From Selaginella moellendorffii (taxonomy: Eukaryota > Plantae > Lycopodiophyta), in NCBI RefSeq assembly GCF_000143415.4, contig NW_003314310.1, positions 1,350,960 through 1,414,959 of the forward strand: a stretch of 64,000 nt of DNA, written 5' to 3'. Below the pieces are notes generated by a model. That model did no database searches. It saw nothing but the letters and a program-made list of their open reading frames with translations, and was not told where the DNA came from. This document shows positions 1 through 11,220 of this stretch, piece by piece (position 1 is the first letter of the stretch; every line of letters starts with the position of its first letter). Both the position numbers and the translations under genes were made by a program.

Positions 1-2252
1 AACACACGCTTTGGGTTTTCACCCCAAGCTTCCTTTAGTACTAAGAGTTTTGTTCTTTTGGTGAAAGTGGATATGATTGATAATTATTAGTGGTGTAACT
101 TTCATATTCTGGAGTTTCTAATGGTGGTATATCTTTGTCTAGTTGTAAATCTTCTATTGTTGAGTTGTCTTCTAATTTTGTTGTAGTTGTGTGGCTTAAT
201 TCACCAACTTGTGTTGCTTGGTTTTTTTTGTCGTAGGTGTCGAATATTATCTCAAGAATTTCTTTTTGAGATTGAGTTATCTGTTGTTTATGTAGTGTTG
301 AAGGTTGCTAGAGTTGTCTTCTACTTGCTTGATTTTCTTAACATCGATCTCACTCTTGTATCTTGAGTTGGTTGGGTTTGTGCTCATATATTTGATGTTG
401 TGTTGGAGTTTTCTTGAATTTTTGTTTTCTTAAATTTGGTTTCTTGAATTTGTTTTATTGGATTTGTTGTTATTGTCTTTGGTTTGTTGTGTTCTTATTA
501 AGGAAATGTTGTATAGTTATAGAATTGTGTGGTGTAGACTAACACGATCTTGTATGTTGGTATTTGTATTGCTACATTGTACTCAGTTAAATAAAGTTGA
601 TCAGTTGTCAACAACTGCTTGCCAACTTTGAGATCAAACAAGAGTGCATACTATAGTTACTCTTTTTATGAGTTTTTGTTGTGTTAAATTGTTGTAAAGT
701 AATTGTGGCCTACCTCTAATTATGTTGTATAAATTTTTACATATCCTCACTATGAGCTTCCGCGATCTCCAATAGATGGTGATATTTGAAAAGTTTGAGC
801 TGAGTAGTGGTTGTATTCGAAGTATTGTTATCCTCAAGATTGTTGTTGAAATAGATTTTCAAAATTCTTGATTCTTGTATTCTTCTATCTTCAATTGCAG
901 TCCATGCATTGAGATATGGATTCCAATAGACTTCTTTAATTAATAGTTGTAGTGTTTGGGGGTGTATCCAGTGTTCTTTTGCCCAAGTTCCTCTTCATAT
1001 TTCTTCATCTTGTAATTTGTATATGGCTGTGTCGATGGGTGTAACATATCCATTAATATCATCTAATAATTTCTTTGATTTGTTATAGTAGAAAGGTTGG
1101 AAGTTTTTCTTAGATTCGTTGTGTGTTGTTTTTTTTTTTCTTTTTGGCAAATTTATTTTTGATCTAAGTAGATGTTGGAAATCCAAAAAAGTTCAAGGAT
1201 GATTCTCCACATGTAGAGTTTGGTTTTGTCTTGATGTTCTACAAACTTCTTCTAGTGGATGATGACTCTAGAGTGGATTGGTGTATGTGTTTCTTTTCTT
1301 TGTTGATTGTAGATTTTGTTGAAGATTCTTTCTTGAATCTTGAGAGGTAGATTCTTGAGTGCCCTCGTGAGTCTTCTTTTTGTATCCTCGATGATGACTA
1401 AAGTAGGATTTTAAACTCATGATGTTGAGATTTCGGTCATGATTTGGATTGGAGGTAGATAGCATTGAGGTCATGAAACTACAAGATTTGTTTATTGCTT
1501 CATTTGCTATCATTGACTTTCTTGACTTTTAAGAAAATATTTGTAAGAGTCAGGAAAAGTTTCTTGAATCCCACATACCCATCATAATCACCATTGAAAA
1601 CTAGAAGAATATTGGTGTAGTTAGGCTTGCGATTGTGACTAGCTGTACCAGTCTACTGCTGTGGCTGCAGAATGAAAGATGTTGTATTGTTGGTGATTTC
1701 TCGAAGTTAGATTTCAAGTCTTTGAGTCGATTCTTGATTTTGAATTCTTCAAGATTGTGGAAGAACTTAATTTTGTTAGTGAGGCAATTTAATTGGTCTT
1801 TATTCTCTTGTTTGGTCCTGATGAAGCAGTGATGTTTGCAAGTGGGGCTTTTGATGTTATTGATCTTGCATTGGCACAATAATTCTTGCCGTGGAACAAG
1901 CTATCAAACACATGAGTTAATTAGAAACTAATCTAAGACCTTCAATCCCCAAGAAGGCTCATGCAAGCGGTCATAAGTAAGAATAGGCTTCACATCACTA
2001 GAATACTCTGAATCTTGAGCAAATGGATGTGCATTGGTGATAGACAAGAGTATAATAGAGATAAGGATAGGGATCGAGTGCTAACTCTCCCCATTAACTA
2101 CTCCTACATGGTGGCAACTACCACTTCTTCTTGAGTTCTGACTATTTAGATCATAACCTTGAGTGTCAAAGTTGTAATCTCGATTATCAAGAAAATGCTC
2201 AAATGTATGATTAATCTGTTGTGCTTCAACCAGGGTATAAACTTTTAAATTT

Positions 2253-2557
2253 GAACTTCTTGGGAGGTCACTCAACCTAAGTGCTCTACGTATTTGATCC
2301 CTTACCGACCTTGCACTTAAGTGCTCTACATATTTAGTCCCAAAAGTACTAGTAGCATGCAAACTCCTAAGTTTGGACTTTTTGGGAGGTCACTTTGCCC
2401 AATACTATTCAAACCTAAGGACGTTTAACCCAAGTATCTTAAGACCCTTAACCAATTAAAAAAGGGGGTGCACTCTTGTTCATGGGCCCTTTCCTTCTAA
2501 CTCCTTCCTAAGAAGTCACTCAACCTAGTACTATTTAAACCTAAAGACGATTAACCC
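2253..2557 (-). repeat. Three degenerate 5S rRNA-like segments (internal promoter region), Cassandra-like
   Basis: 2375-2430 ggactttttgggaggtcactttgcccaatactattcaaacctaaggacgtttaacc resembles the reverse complement of plant 5S AGTTAAGCGTGCTTGGGCGAGAGTAGTACTAGGATGGGTGACCTCCTGGGAAGTCC. Further copies at ~2508-2557 and, partially, 2253-2285. Confidence 0.6.
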
Positions 2558-2689
2558 TAAGTATCCCAAAACCCTTAACCGATTGGAAAAGGGGGACCAC
2601 TCTTGTTCATGAGCTTTTTCCCTTTATATTTGAACCCTATGGATTGTCTCTCAAATTGTTCTCTTTGGTTACTCACACAGTGTAAGAAC

Positions 2690-3539
2690 CTCATATGCTA
2701 AGGTTATGTCTGTTCTCAATATCTCATTGGTAGTCTAAAACCAACCGTATTATAATCCTATTTTTTCAAGATTAAGCTATCCATCCATAAGTAGTTATCC
2801 TATAACCACACTTTAGCATTTTTAGAATGTCCCAAGATATAGGAAATACCTTTCCCTAATATCCCTTTTTTTATCCCCACCAAGTTCCTCTTTGTCTATA
2901 GTAATGCTTATCAACACCACCACTAGTCCAGGGCATAAAGGCCTATCCAACCTCTGGAACTTCTTCACCACATAACCATACTCTTGGTCACTAAGTAAGA
3001 GGACCTACTTCCATAGTTCAGGACTTTGGGACAACATTTCAATACACCATAGCCCAATGCGAGTGTTATGGGTACTAACCCCACCTTCCACCACTAGGGT
3101 GCCTTAGCAATGTGGCTAGAGCAAGGTTCCAATGAGCCTTACATGGTATTTAAGTAGGTAATGCCACCCACACTTGGATTGAGAGTATTGACTATTTAAA
3201 CTCCCGAGGAAGCTAGAGCTAGCTTTTGAACACTTTACCAAATTACCCCATTTATCTTTTCGTGTTCACTCTAGCCTTGGACTCCTTAATGGTTATGTCA
3301 TCACCCACCACATGGGTGTAGCCTTCCTTAGTCACATTGGCCTTTCTTGGCCAAACTAGTTCCACTAAAACCCTCCCCCCTACTATACCATAGAGACTCA
3401 CCAAACCCCCCAGGGTTTAGGAGATGATTGCTTTGGGCTTTCACCTTCAGATTCAAACTCAGACTTAAACCTGGTTTCGATCTTGGTCTCAGTGTTGATT
3501 TAAGTCTTTAACTCCTTCTTGGACTCCATCTCAAGCTCC
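2690..3539 (-). repeat. Old degenerate LTR of family B, interrupted by element A
   Basis: Colinear but diverged match to LTR 26237-28076 (e.g. ccccaccaagt, ttgggacaacattt, ttgaacactt.accaa, ctttgggctttcacc). Left edge approximate. Confidence 0.7.
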
Positions 3540-4669
3540 TGTAAGCCACAAATTTTTCCTTTCCAATTTGCCAGCTTACCTCATCTATCCGTCCAACTCT
3601 GCCTTGGCTTTTGCTAAATTCTCTTGCCAAAGTTCCCGCCTATGGTACCAACTCCTACTTGGTCTTACTTGGTTTCAGCTACTCACTACACAAGCAATGG
3701 AGTGTTAGCCATCCATCCACGGATTCCCAAATCTCTCCCAATCCCCCTCCCCGGGTTAGACTGGACTTAAGGTTCGGCTACACTCCCCACAAGCACAAGC
3801 AGCCAAGCACACCAAGCTTCCAGGTTCCTAACATCCCTTGGTACCACAAGATTTGATCATGGGACCCTCTAAATCCCAAGTCTTGGGTGCAACACTTGCT
3901 TCGGGACGCCAGGGCGAAACACCATGGCCTAACGGCCCGGTATGGGTACCTCTACCTCCCCCCCACTTCCATCCCGAAGGGAAGGTCCAAGCCCCTAGGA
4001 AGGGCGAGGACCAATGAGCCACATGGTACTCAAGTGGGGCACCACTCCACATGAGCCAAGAGCACCGCAGTTAGTTTCCCTTTCGGGAGTGGGAGCTGCT
4101 CTTGAGCACTTCCTTGGATGGCCCCTCCGGCACCAACCACGTCCATGCTCACTCCCACCCAAGGCCCCTCAGTCCCAGTCCCAACCTCAAGTCAGTTTGG
4201 AAGCCCCACTGGAGAGTTCTTTCAAAACTGGTTCCTGGACCTCACTATCCCTACTATACTTTTGGAACCCCCTGCCCCCCTAGGAGACGCACGCTTTGGG
4301 CTTTCACCCCTTGACCCATATTAGTACTCGAACTCAGTCTCTGGCTCGATCTTAGACTCGATCTCGGATCCGACTTCGGATTCGGTCTCAGACTCGATCT
4401 CGGACTCGATCTCAGACCCAATCTCGGACCTGACCTCGGACTCGACCCCGGACTCGGTCTCAGACCCAATTTCGGATCTCGGACTCTGTCTCGAACTCGG
4501 TCTCCGAGTCGGCCTTGGACTCGATTCCGGACTCTATCTCGAACTCAGTCTCCGAGTCGGTCTTGGACTCGATCTTAGACTCGGTCCCATCCAATGAACT
4601 CTTTATCATTTTGGTCATGCTTTCGGGGATCTTTTAGCCTATGACACCTTGAGGAGTTGGTTCTTTACA
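3540..4669 (-). repeat. 3' LTR of element A (TG...CA on minus), with a ctcgga/ctcggt hexamer array at ~4325-4590
   Basis: Matches 10163-11148; bounded by tgt at 3540 and by ...tttaca at 4669, next to the PPT. Confidence 0.9.
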
Positions 4670-4680
4670 ACTCCACCACC
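4670..4680 (-). promoter_or_regulatory. Polypurine tract of element A
   Basis: Minus strand reads ggtggtggagt immediately before the 3' LTR; the same PPT occurs in family B at 28077-28088. Confidence 0.75.
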
Positions 4681-5454
4681 GATAGAAGAAGTTCGATGCC
4701 CACATTGAACATCTCTTTTTTATCCTATGACTTGTTGACCATGTCTCCGAGGGCATCCCCCCACTTAGCGGTGTGCCTAAGTTAGCCTCCCTAACCAAGA
4801 GCCCATGACAACGGAATATAGGTGTCCCTATACTCCTCACCTCACCACGCCCTAGTATAGGGTCGGGACTTGAACCCAGCCTTGCTTTACTAGGGGGTTG
4901 GGACTCAAACCCAACCTCCGTAGAATACATCTACGGATTTGACATCCCCGCAGAGAGTCGGGCGTAGTTCCCTACACCTGGTCGACCTAGCTAACCCATG
5001 CTAATTAGCTTACCTTCGGCGTGCCTTCAGGTCCCAACATATGCCATTGCTCAACTTCTCAAATTGATACTTTTAATTGAATTTTGCATAAGTACATAGA
5101 GTTCTGCCTTGCAGAAATTCCTCCACTAGATCTCGCGCGTTCACTAGGTTCTCCTCTAGTTCCTATGTTGCTTCGCAGTGTGGAAATCCTTTCCACTTCA
5201 CATAGAACTCTCTCACCTTGCATCCTTGTCGCTTGCTCTTGCGTGCATTGAGGATGGCCTCGACTTCGTATTCCTCTTCCCCTTGGATAACCTCAGGTAA
5301 AGGTCTCACTTGGTCTTTGCGAAGCGGATCCTCAAAATACGGCTTGAGTAAGTTCACGTGGAACACGGGATGCATCTTCCCCATCTCTTGAGGAAGTGGG
5401 AGACGGTAAGCCACTTTACCGATTCGAGCCTCAATCTCGTAAGGCCCCGCGAAC

Positions 5455-5506
5455 CTACTTAAGGAACTCAAGATCAATTCATTTACAGGAATACATGCAT
5501 TTTTAC
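5455..5506 (-). other. 52-nt GT-AG intron in the integrase GPY/F region
   Basis: CAAAG|GTAAAAATG...CCTTAAGTAG|GTTCGCG; removal restores KLTQRFAGPY and the reading frame. Confidence 0.8.
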
Positions 5507-5924
5507 CTTTGGGTCAACTTCCGGCTGATCCCACTTGGTAGCCTGAGGTCCTTGGTGTTCAGCCACACCTTCTCCCCAGCTTGGAACTCTACATCTCGAC
5601 GCTTCTTTTTCGCGTACTTAGTTTGCCTTTGTTGAGCCCGTTCCAAGGAATCCCTCACTAAATTCCAAATGTTGAGTCTTTCCGCCGTGAATGCCTCCAC
5701 TGTGGGTAACTCTCCATGATACTCGGCCACACCAAGTTCCACAGGACCTTTAATAGCTCACCCATTGATGACTTCCCATGGACTCACCCCGATGCTCGAA
5801 TGTGGTGAGTTGTTATAACACATTTCCGCAAGTCCCAAATGACTTACCCAATCGGTCTGGTCTCCCGAGACATAGCATTGCAAATAATCCTCCAGCTGCC
5901 TATTCACCCTTTCCGTTTGTCCGT

Positions 5925-5971
5925 CTGTCAAGAAGTGTTAGTGCCATCAAACTTGACTTAATACCCATTAC
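5925..5971 (-). other. 47-nt GT-AG intron in the integrase core
   Basis: CAGACAG|GTAATGGG...CACTAACACTTCTTGACAG|ACGGACAA; contains a CTAAC branch point; removal restores QTDGQTERVN. Confidence 0.85.
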
Positions 5972-7406
5972 CTGTCTGCAGGTGATAGGCTATACTGAAT
6001 TTCAACTTGGTGCGATACTGTTCTAGGAGTGTCTTCAAGAACCTACTGGTGAAGATCTTATCTCGATCTGAGATAATCTCTTCCAGCCTTCCCCGCACTC
6101 GAACCACTTGTTCGAAGAACAGCTTCACCACCCCTTCCGCATCCACTTCTGTTGTGGTGGGTATGAAATGTGCCATCTTCGAAAATCAATCCACCACCAC
6201 AAATATCGCATCGAACCCCTCGCTTGAGGGAAGTCCCGTGATGAAGTCCATCGTAAGACATTTCCACGGACGATCTAGAAATGGGATGCTTTGTAACAAG
6301 CCCCCACTAGCCTTAGTCACGGCTTTAACCTGTTGACATGTTGGACATGTCTTTACATAGTCTTGGACATCCTTAGCCATATCTGGCCAGTGGTACTTCC
6401 TCTTGAGTAAGCCCATTGTCTTGGGCACTCTGCCGTGTCTCACAAGAGGTCTGTCATGACACTCTTCTAAGGCTACCTTCCTTAGTTCCCCTTCTGGAAC
6501 ATACACCATCGTTTGCTTGTAATATATGAGTCCATTGCATTCCACATAGCTCGTTTTCTCTTCCGTTGGCAACTCACCTCTCTGGTGAGCTTCCCGTGCC
6601 TCTAGATTCCACAGCAACACTTCTTGTGCTAGACCATCATTCTCGTAGGCGGTCCGTACATCATCCCAAAAGGTTGCTGTTGCACTAGATATTGCCAATT
6701 TCAAACTCGCTTTTCGATTTAGCGCATCTGCCACGATGTTGCGCTTCCCAGGCTTGTATAGAATCGCGCAATCAAACTCGGCCAAAGCATTGGCCCACCG
6801 ACCTTGTTTTCCCCTCAGGTCGGGCTGTGACAAGAAGTGTTTCGTTGCCACATTGTCCGTGTAAACCTTGAAGTGTCTCCCAAGGTAGTGTCGCCACTCC
6901 TTGAGTGCCTTGACCACCGCAAACAATTCCTTCTTATGGGCAGGCCACTTCCGTTGAGCCATGTCCAACTTCTTCAAGAAGAACGCTACTAGATGGTTGT
7001 CTTGCTTCAAAACTGCACCCAACGCAAAGTCTAAAGCATCTGTTTCTACCTCAAAGTCCTTACCAAAGTCTGGTAACACCAACATGGGAGCCTTCCTCAA
7101 CTTCCCTTTGAGGTGGATGAATGCCGCCTCGCATTCCACTGTCCATACCATCTTTCTTTTTCCCGTTTGGTACGTTAAGGGCAGGGCTACTCTCGAATAG
7201 TGTTTGATAAACTTTCGATAGTAGTTGCATAGCCCCATGAATGCCCTTAACTCATGTACATTCGATGGTCGCTCCCAATCCTGGATCACTTGGACCTTCT
7301 CCGGGTCCACCTTGAGCCCGTCCTGGCCCACCACATGCCCGAGAAACTTTACCTCTTGTTGAGCAAAGTTACATTTGCTCTCTTTAGCATACAGTTTGTG
7401 TTCCCT

Positions 7407-7802
7407 TAGTTTCTCAAACACCTTCGCCAAGTGTTCGGCATGCTCCTCAAGCGTCTCGCTATAGATCAGGATGTCGTCGATATAGACGACCACGAAGTGA
7501 TCTAGATAGGGTACAAATATGTGGTTCATCAGCGCCGAAAGTTTCTCAAACACCTTCGTCAAGTGTTTGGCATGCTCCTCTAACATTTCGCTATAGATCA
7601 GGATGTCATCAATATAGACGACCACAAAGTGATCCAGATAGGGTACAAATATATGGTTCATCAGTGCCGAAAGTTTCTCAAACACCTTCGTCAAGTGTTT
7701 GGCATGCTCCTCTAGCGTTTCGCTATAGATCAGGATGTCGTCAATATAGACGACCACAAAGTGATCCAGATAGGGTATAAAAATATGGTTCATCAACGCC
7801 GA
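7407..7802 (-). repeat. In-frame tandem triplication (3 x 132 nt) of the RT YIDD segment
   Basis: SALMNHIF.PYLDHFVVVYIDDILIYSE.LEEHA.HL.KVFEKL occurs three times: 7802-7671, 7670-7539, 7538-7407. Confidence 0.95.
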
Positions 7803-10147
7803 AAACGTGGCATTGCATAGCCCGAAGGGCATCACCAGAAACTCAAAGCTCCCATACCTCGTTCGACAGGTTGTCTTCTCGACATCTTCCTCTGCTACCC
7901 TGATCTAGAAGTATCCTGACCTTAGGTCAATCCTCGAGAAGTATTTTGCCTTTCCCAACCTATCGAACAGGTCCTCAATCCTTGGCAAAGGGTACTTGTT
8001 CTTCTTTGTATATTTGTTGAGCAACCGGTAGTCTATGCACATGCGCATAGATCCATCTTTCTTTTTCACAAATAGCACCGGTACCCTATATGGCGACTTG
8101 CTCAACCTAACATACCCTTTGTCCACCAACTTTTCTAGTTGGCGCTTGAGCTCCGCAAGTTCTTTTTCGTTCAAACGATAAAAGGGACGAACCACTGCCT
8201 CAGCACCCTCGACCAGCTCAATCTTATGTTCTATCAGTCGTGCGGGGGGCAACCCCGCCGGTAGCTCCTCTGGCATGATATCCCGAAATTGGTCCAACAC
8301 CCGTTGGATCACTAAAGGTACTTCTTCCATTCCTGTCTTTTTGTCACTTCTCACTGAGAGTAAGCACAAAAATGCAGCTTTGGTCCCTTTAGTGAGTTGT
8401 CCTCTCATGGACACCAGGTTTAAGCACGAATCTTTGGCCTTACATTGCCCTACCTTTAGATCCTAGGCCTCCACCCTGGATCTTCTTCCTTGGGCATTTG
8501 CTAATACCACAAAGTTCCTACCTTGTCCATGTAGGGCTACCATAAACCGATTGAACCAATCCATCCTGAAGATCTCGTCAAATCTCGCCATGTCCAACAC
8601 AGTGAAATCCATGTCTACTTTCCAAGTCCCTACTTCGACTCTCACTTGTCGAAGTACCTCATCGGCGCTTTGGCTACCTTGAACAAACTCTATAGTCCTT
8701 GGTTTGCCCAGCTGCTGCACCGTTAGTCCGGCTTGCCGGACTATGTCTGCAGCCACAAAATTATCCGAAGCACCCGTGTCAATAAGGATCTTAACAAAGC
8801 TACCTCCGAGCTTCCTTCGGAGGGCTAGTAGATGTCGCGAACGACTCTCTACCAAAGTTGCTCGTGTAATGTGTAACTTTAAGCTAGGGACTGGATCACA
8901 TACTTCAGTTTGGACTTCACCCGACTTAATGGCCATATTGGCTCTAGCCTTCTTTAGGTAAGGACATTCCCTCGAAAAGTATCCCGCCTCACCGCAGTTA
9001 TAGCATATGTTATTTCCCACGTTGCTAAATGACTTGACCTTCTTATCCATGGGTTTGTCTCTTTTTGCTTGACTCCCCCACGTACTTGCTCGCTGGCCAC
9101 CGAATTTGCCTTTTCGGAACCCCGAGGACTCATTCTTAGAGAAACTCTTCTTGAATTTCCCTTTGCTATAAGTTCCCTTTGGTTTGGCCCCTTTGCTAAA
9201 CGTGGACCCCGACCCCGTCGTGTTCCCCTTTCACAGGTTATCGTTGAAATGCACCTTGATAGCTGCATCCAACGCTTCTTTGTAATTGGTCAAGTTCCAC
9301 CGCATCACTTTGCCGCGAGCCCAGGTTTGCAAGCCTGATATGAAGGCATGGAACGCATCCATATCCCCCATGTCCGTGATAAGTATCCTCTTTGCCATGA
9401 ACCCATTCACATACTCCTGGATGGTTCCAGTCTGCTTCAGCCTACTCAGCTCATCTCTTAGATGCAAAGTGGCATTCAGAGGAACGTATGTTGCGTGGAT
9501 CCTGGCCTTCATCATGTCCCAAGTGGCCACCGGTCCTTCGTTGGCCTCTGTCGTTCTTCACCAAGATTTGGCATTATCTGCCAAGTATGGTTTTGCACAT
9601 AGGACCTTCTCCGAGCTCAGTAACCGCAACGCTCGGAAGTAGTCCTCCATATCGTAAAACTAATCCTCCACCACCTTATAGTCGTTCACTCCCTTGAAGA
9701 CCAGTGGGGGCTTTGGTTTGTATTTGGGCACTGCTTGTGGGACTGATTCCATTTCGGTCTGTTCGACCTTGTCTGGTTTTGCCTCAGTCCCTGCCGAAGG
9801 GTCCGCACCTTCTGCGCTGCCAGCATCCACAGTCTTTTGCCTTTTCTTCCACTTCTCGTCACGCTTTAGCTTGCACACGAGAGTCTCCAGCAGGGCATTG
9901 CTCTGTGCCAATTGTCCTTCTAGAACGTCCAATCGAGCCTTGGACGACCGAACCTCACCACCGGACTCTTGTTTGGAAGTTTCCTCACTGGAGTCCTCCT
10001 TATGCAAGGATTCCTCATCCATAGCCTTTTGTTCGACCAGAGGCTCTAGCTCTGGAGGAGGTTTCGTCCCCACCTTGGTTCGCTTCAGCCCTGCCTTTGC
10101 CATCTCCTAGCAATCCGCCTCTATCCTTCGCTAGAACTAAAGAAAAG

Positions 10148-10159
10148 GCTCCGATACCA
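10148..10159 (-). promoter_or_regulatory. Primer-binding site (tRNA-iMet type) of element A
   Basis: Minus strand TGGTATCGGAGC, 3 nt after the LTR end at 10163. Confidence 0.9.
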
Positions 10160-10162
10160 AAT

Positions 10163-11148
10163 TGTAAGCCACAAATTTTTCCTTTCCAATTTGCCAGCTT
10201 ACCTCATCTATTCATCCAACTCTGCCTTGGCTTTTGCTAAGTTCCCTTGCCAAGGTTCCCGCCTATGGTACCAGCTCCTACTTGGTCCTACTTGGTTTTA
10301 GCTGCTCACTACATAAGTAACGGAGTGTTAGCCATCCATCCACAGATTCCCAAATCTCTCCCAATCCCCCTCCCCGGGTTAGACTGGACTTAAGGTTCGG
10401 CTACACTCCCCACAAGCACAAGCAGCCAAGCACACCAAGCTTCCAAGTTCCTAACATCCCTTGGTACCACAAGATTTGATCATGGGACCCTCTAAATCCC
10501 AAGTCTTGGGTGCAACACTTGCTTCGAGACGCTGGGGCGAAACACCGTGGCCTAACGGCCCGGTATGGGTACCTCTACCCCCCCCACTTCCATCCCGAAG
10601 GAAGGTCCAAGCCCCTAGGAAGGGCAAAGACCAATGAGCCGCATGGTACTCAAGTGGGGCACCACTCCACATGAGCCAGGAGCACTTTCGGGAGTGGGAG
10701 CTGCTCTTGAGCATTTCCTTGGATGGCCCCTCCGGCACCAACCACGTCCATGCTCACTCCCACCCAAGGCCCCTCAGTCCTAGTCCCAACCTCAAGTCAG
10801 TTTGGAAGCCCCATTGGAAAGTTCCTTCAAAACTGGTTCCTGGACCTCACTATCCCTACTATTCTTTTGGAACCCCCTGCAGCCCCCCCCCCCGGGAGAC
10901 GCACGCTTTGGGCTTTCACCCCTTCACCCGTATTAGTACTCGGACTCAATCTCTGGCTCGATCTTGGATCCGACTTCGGATTTGGTCTCGGACTCGATCT
11001 CAGACTCGATCTCAAACCTGATCTCGGACCCGACCTCGGACTCGGTCTCGGACCCGATTTCGGATCTCAGACTCGGTCTCGAACTCGGTCTCAAACTCGG
11101 TCTCGAACTCGGTCTCCGAGTCGGCCTCAGACTCGATTTCGGATTCTA
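10163..11148 (-). repeat. 5' LTR of element A, outer end missing
   Basis: Matches 3540 onward up to the hexamer array, then switches to family-B LTR-like sequence (gtccaaacatgtta...). Confidence 0.85.
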
Positions 11149-11220
11149 AGTTAGAAGTTTTTGTCCAAACATGTTATGCTTGTTGAACTTTCATTTTGAC
11201 CAATACTATATGGCATTATT

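Larger units (their letters stand above)
5073..10103 (-). pseudogene. gag-pol polyprotein (gag, zinc knuckle, aspartic protease, RT, RNase H, integrase, chromodomain) with premature stops and two introns
   Basis: Motifs [63 protein letters not shown] and EYEVEAIL...VKWKGF. ORF pieces from 10103 down to 5972 share one frame, separated by point stops. Confidence 0.95.
3540..11148 (-). mobile_element. Ty3/gypsy chromovirus LTR retrotransposon (family A), defective, 5' LTR truncated
   Basis: Near-identical direct repeats starting tgtaagccaca at 3540 and 10163; PBS; PPT; domain order gag-PR-RT-RH-IN-chromodomain. Confidence 0.95.

Noticed and set aside
5455-5971. Ordinary frameshift decay or programmed frameshifting in the integrase
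   Set aside because: Both shifts are explained exactly by GT-AG-bounded inserts whose removal restores conserved motifs.
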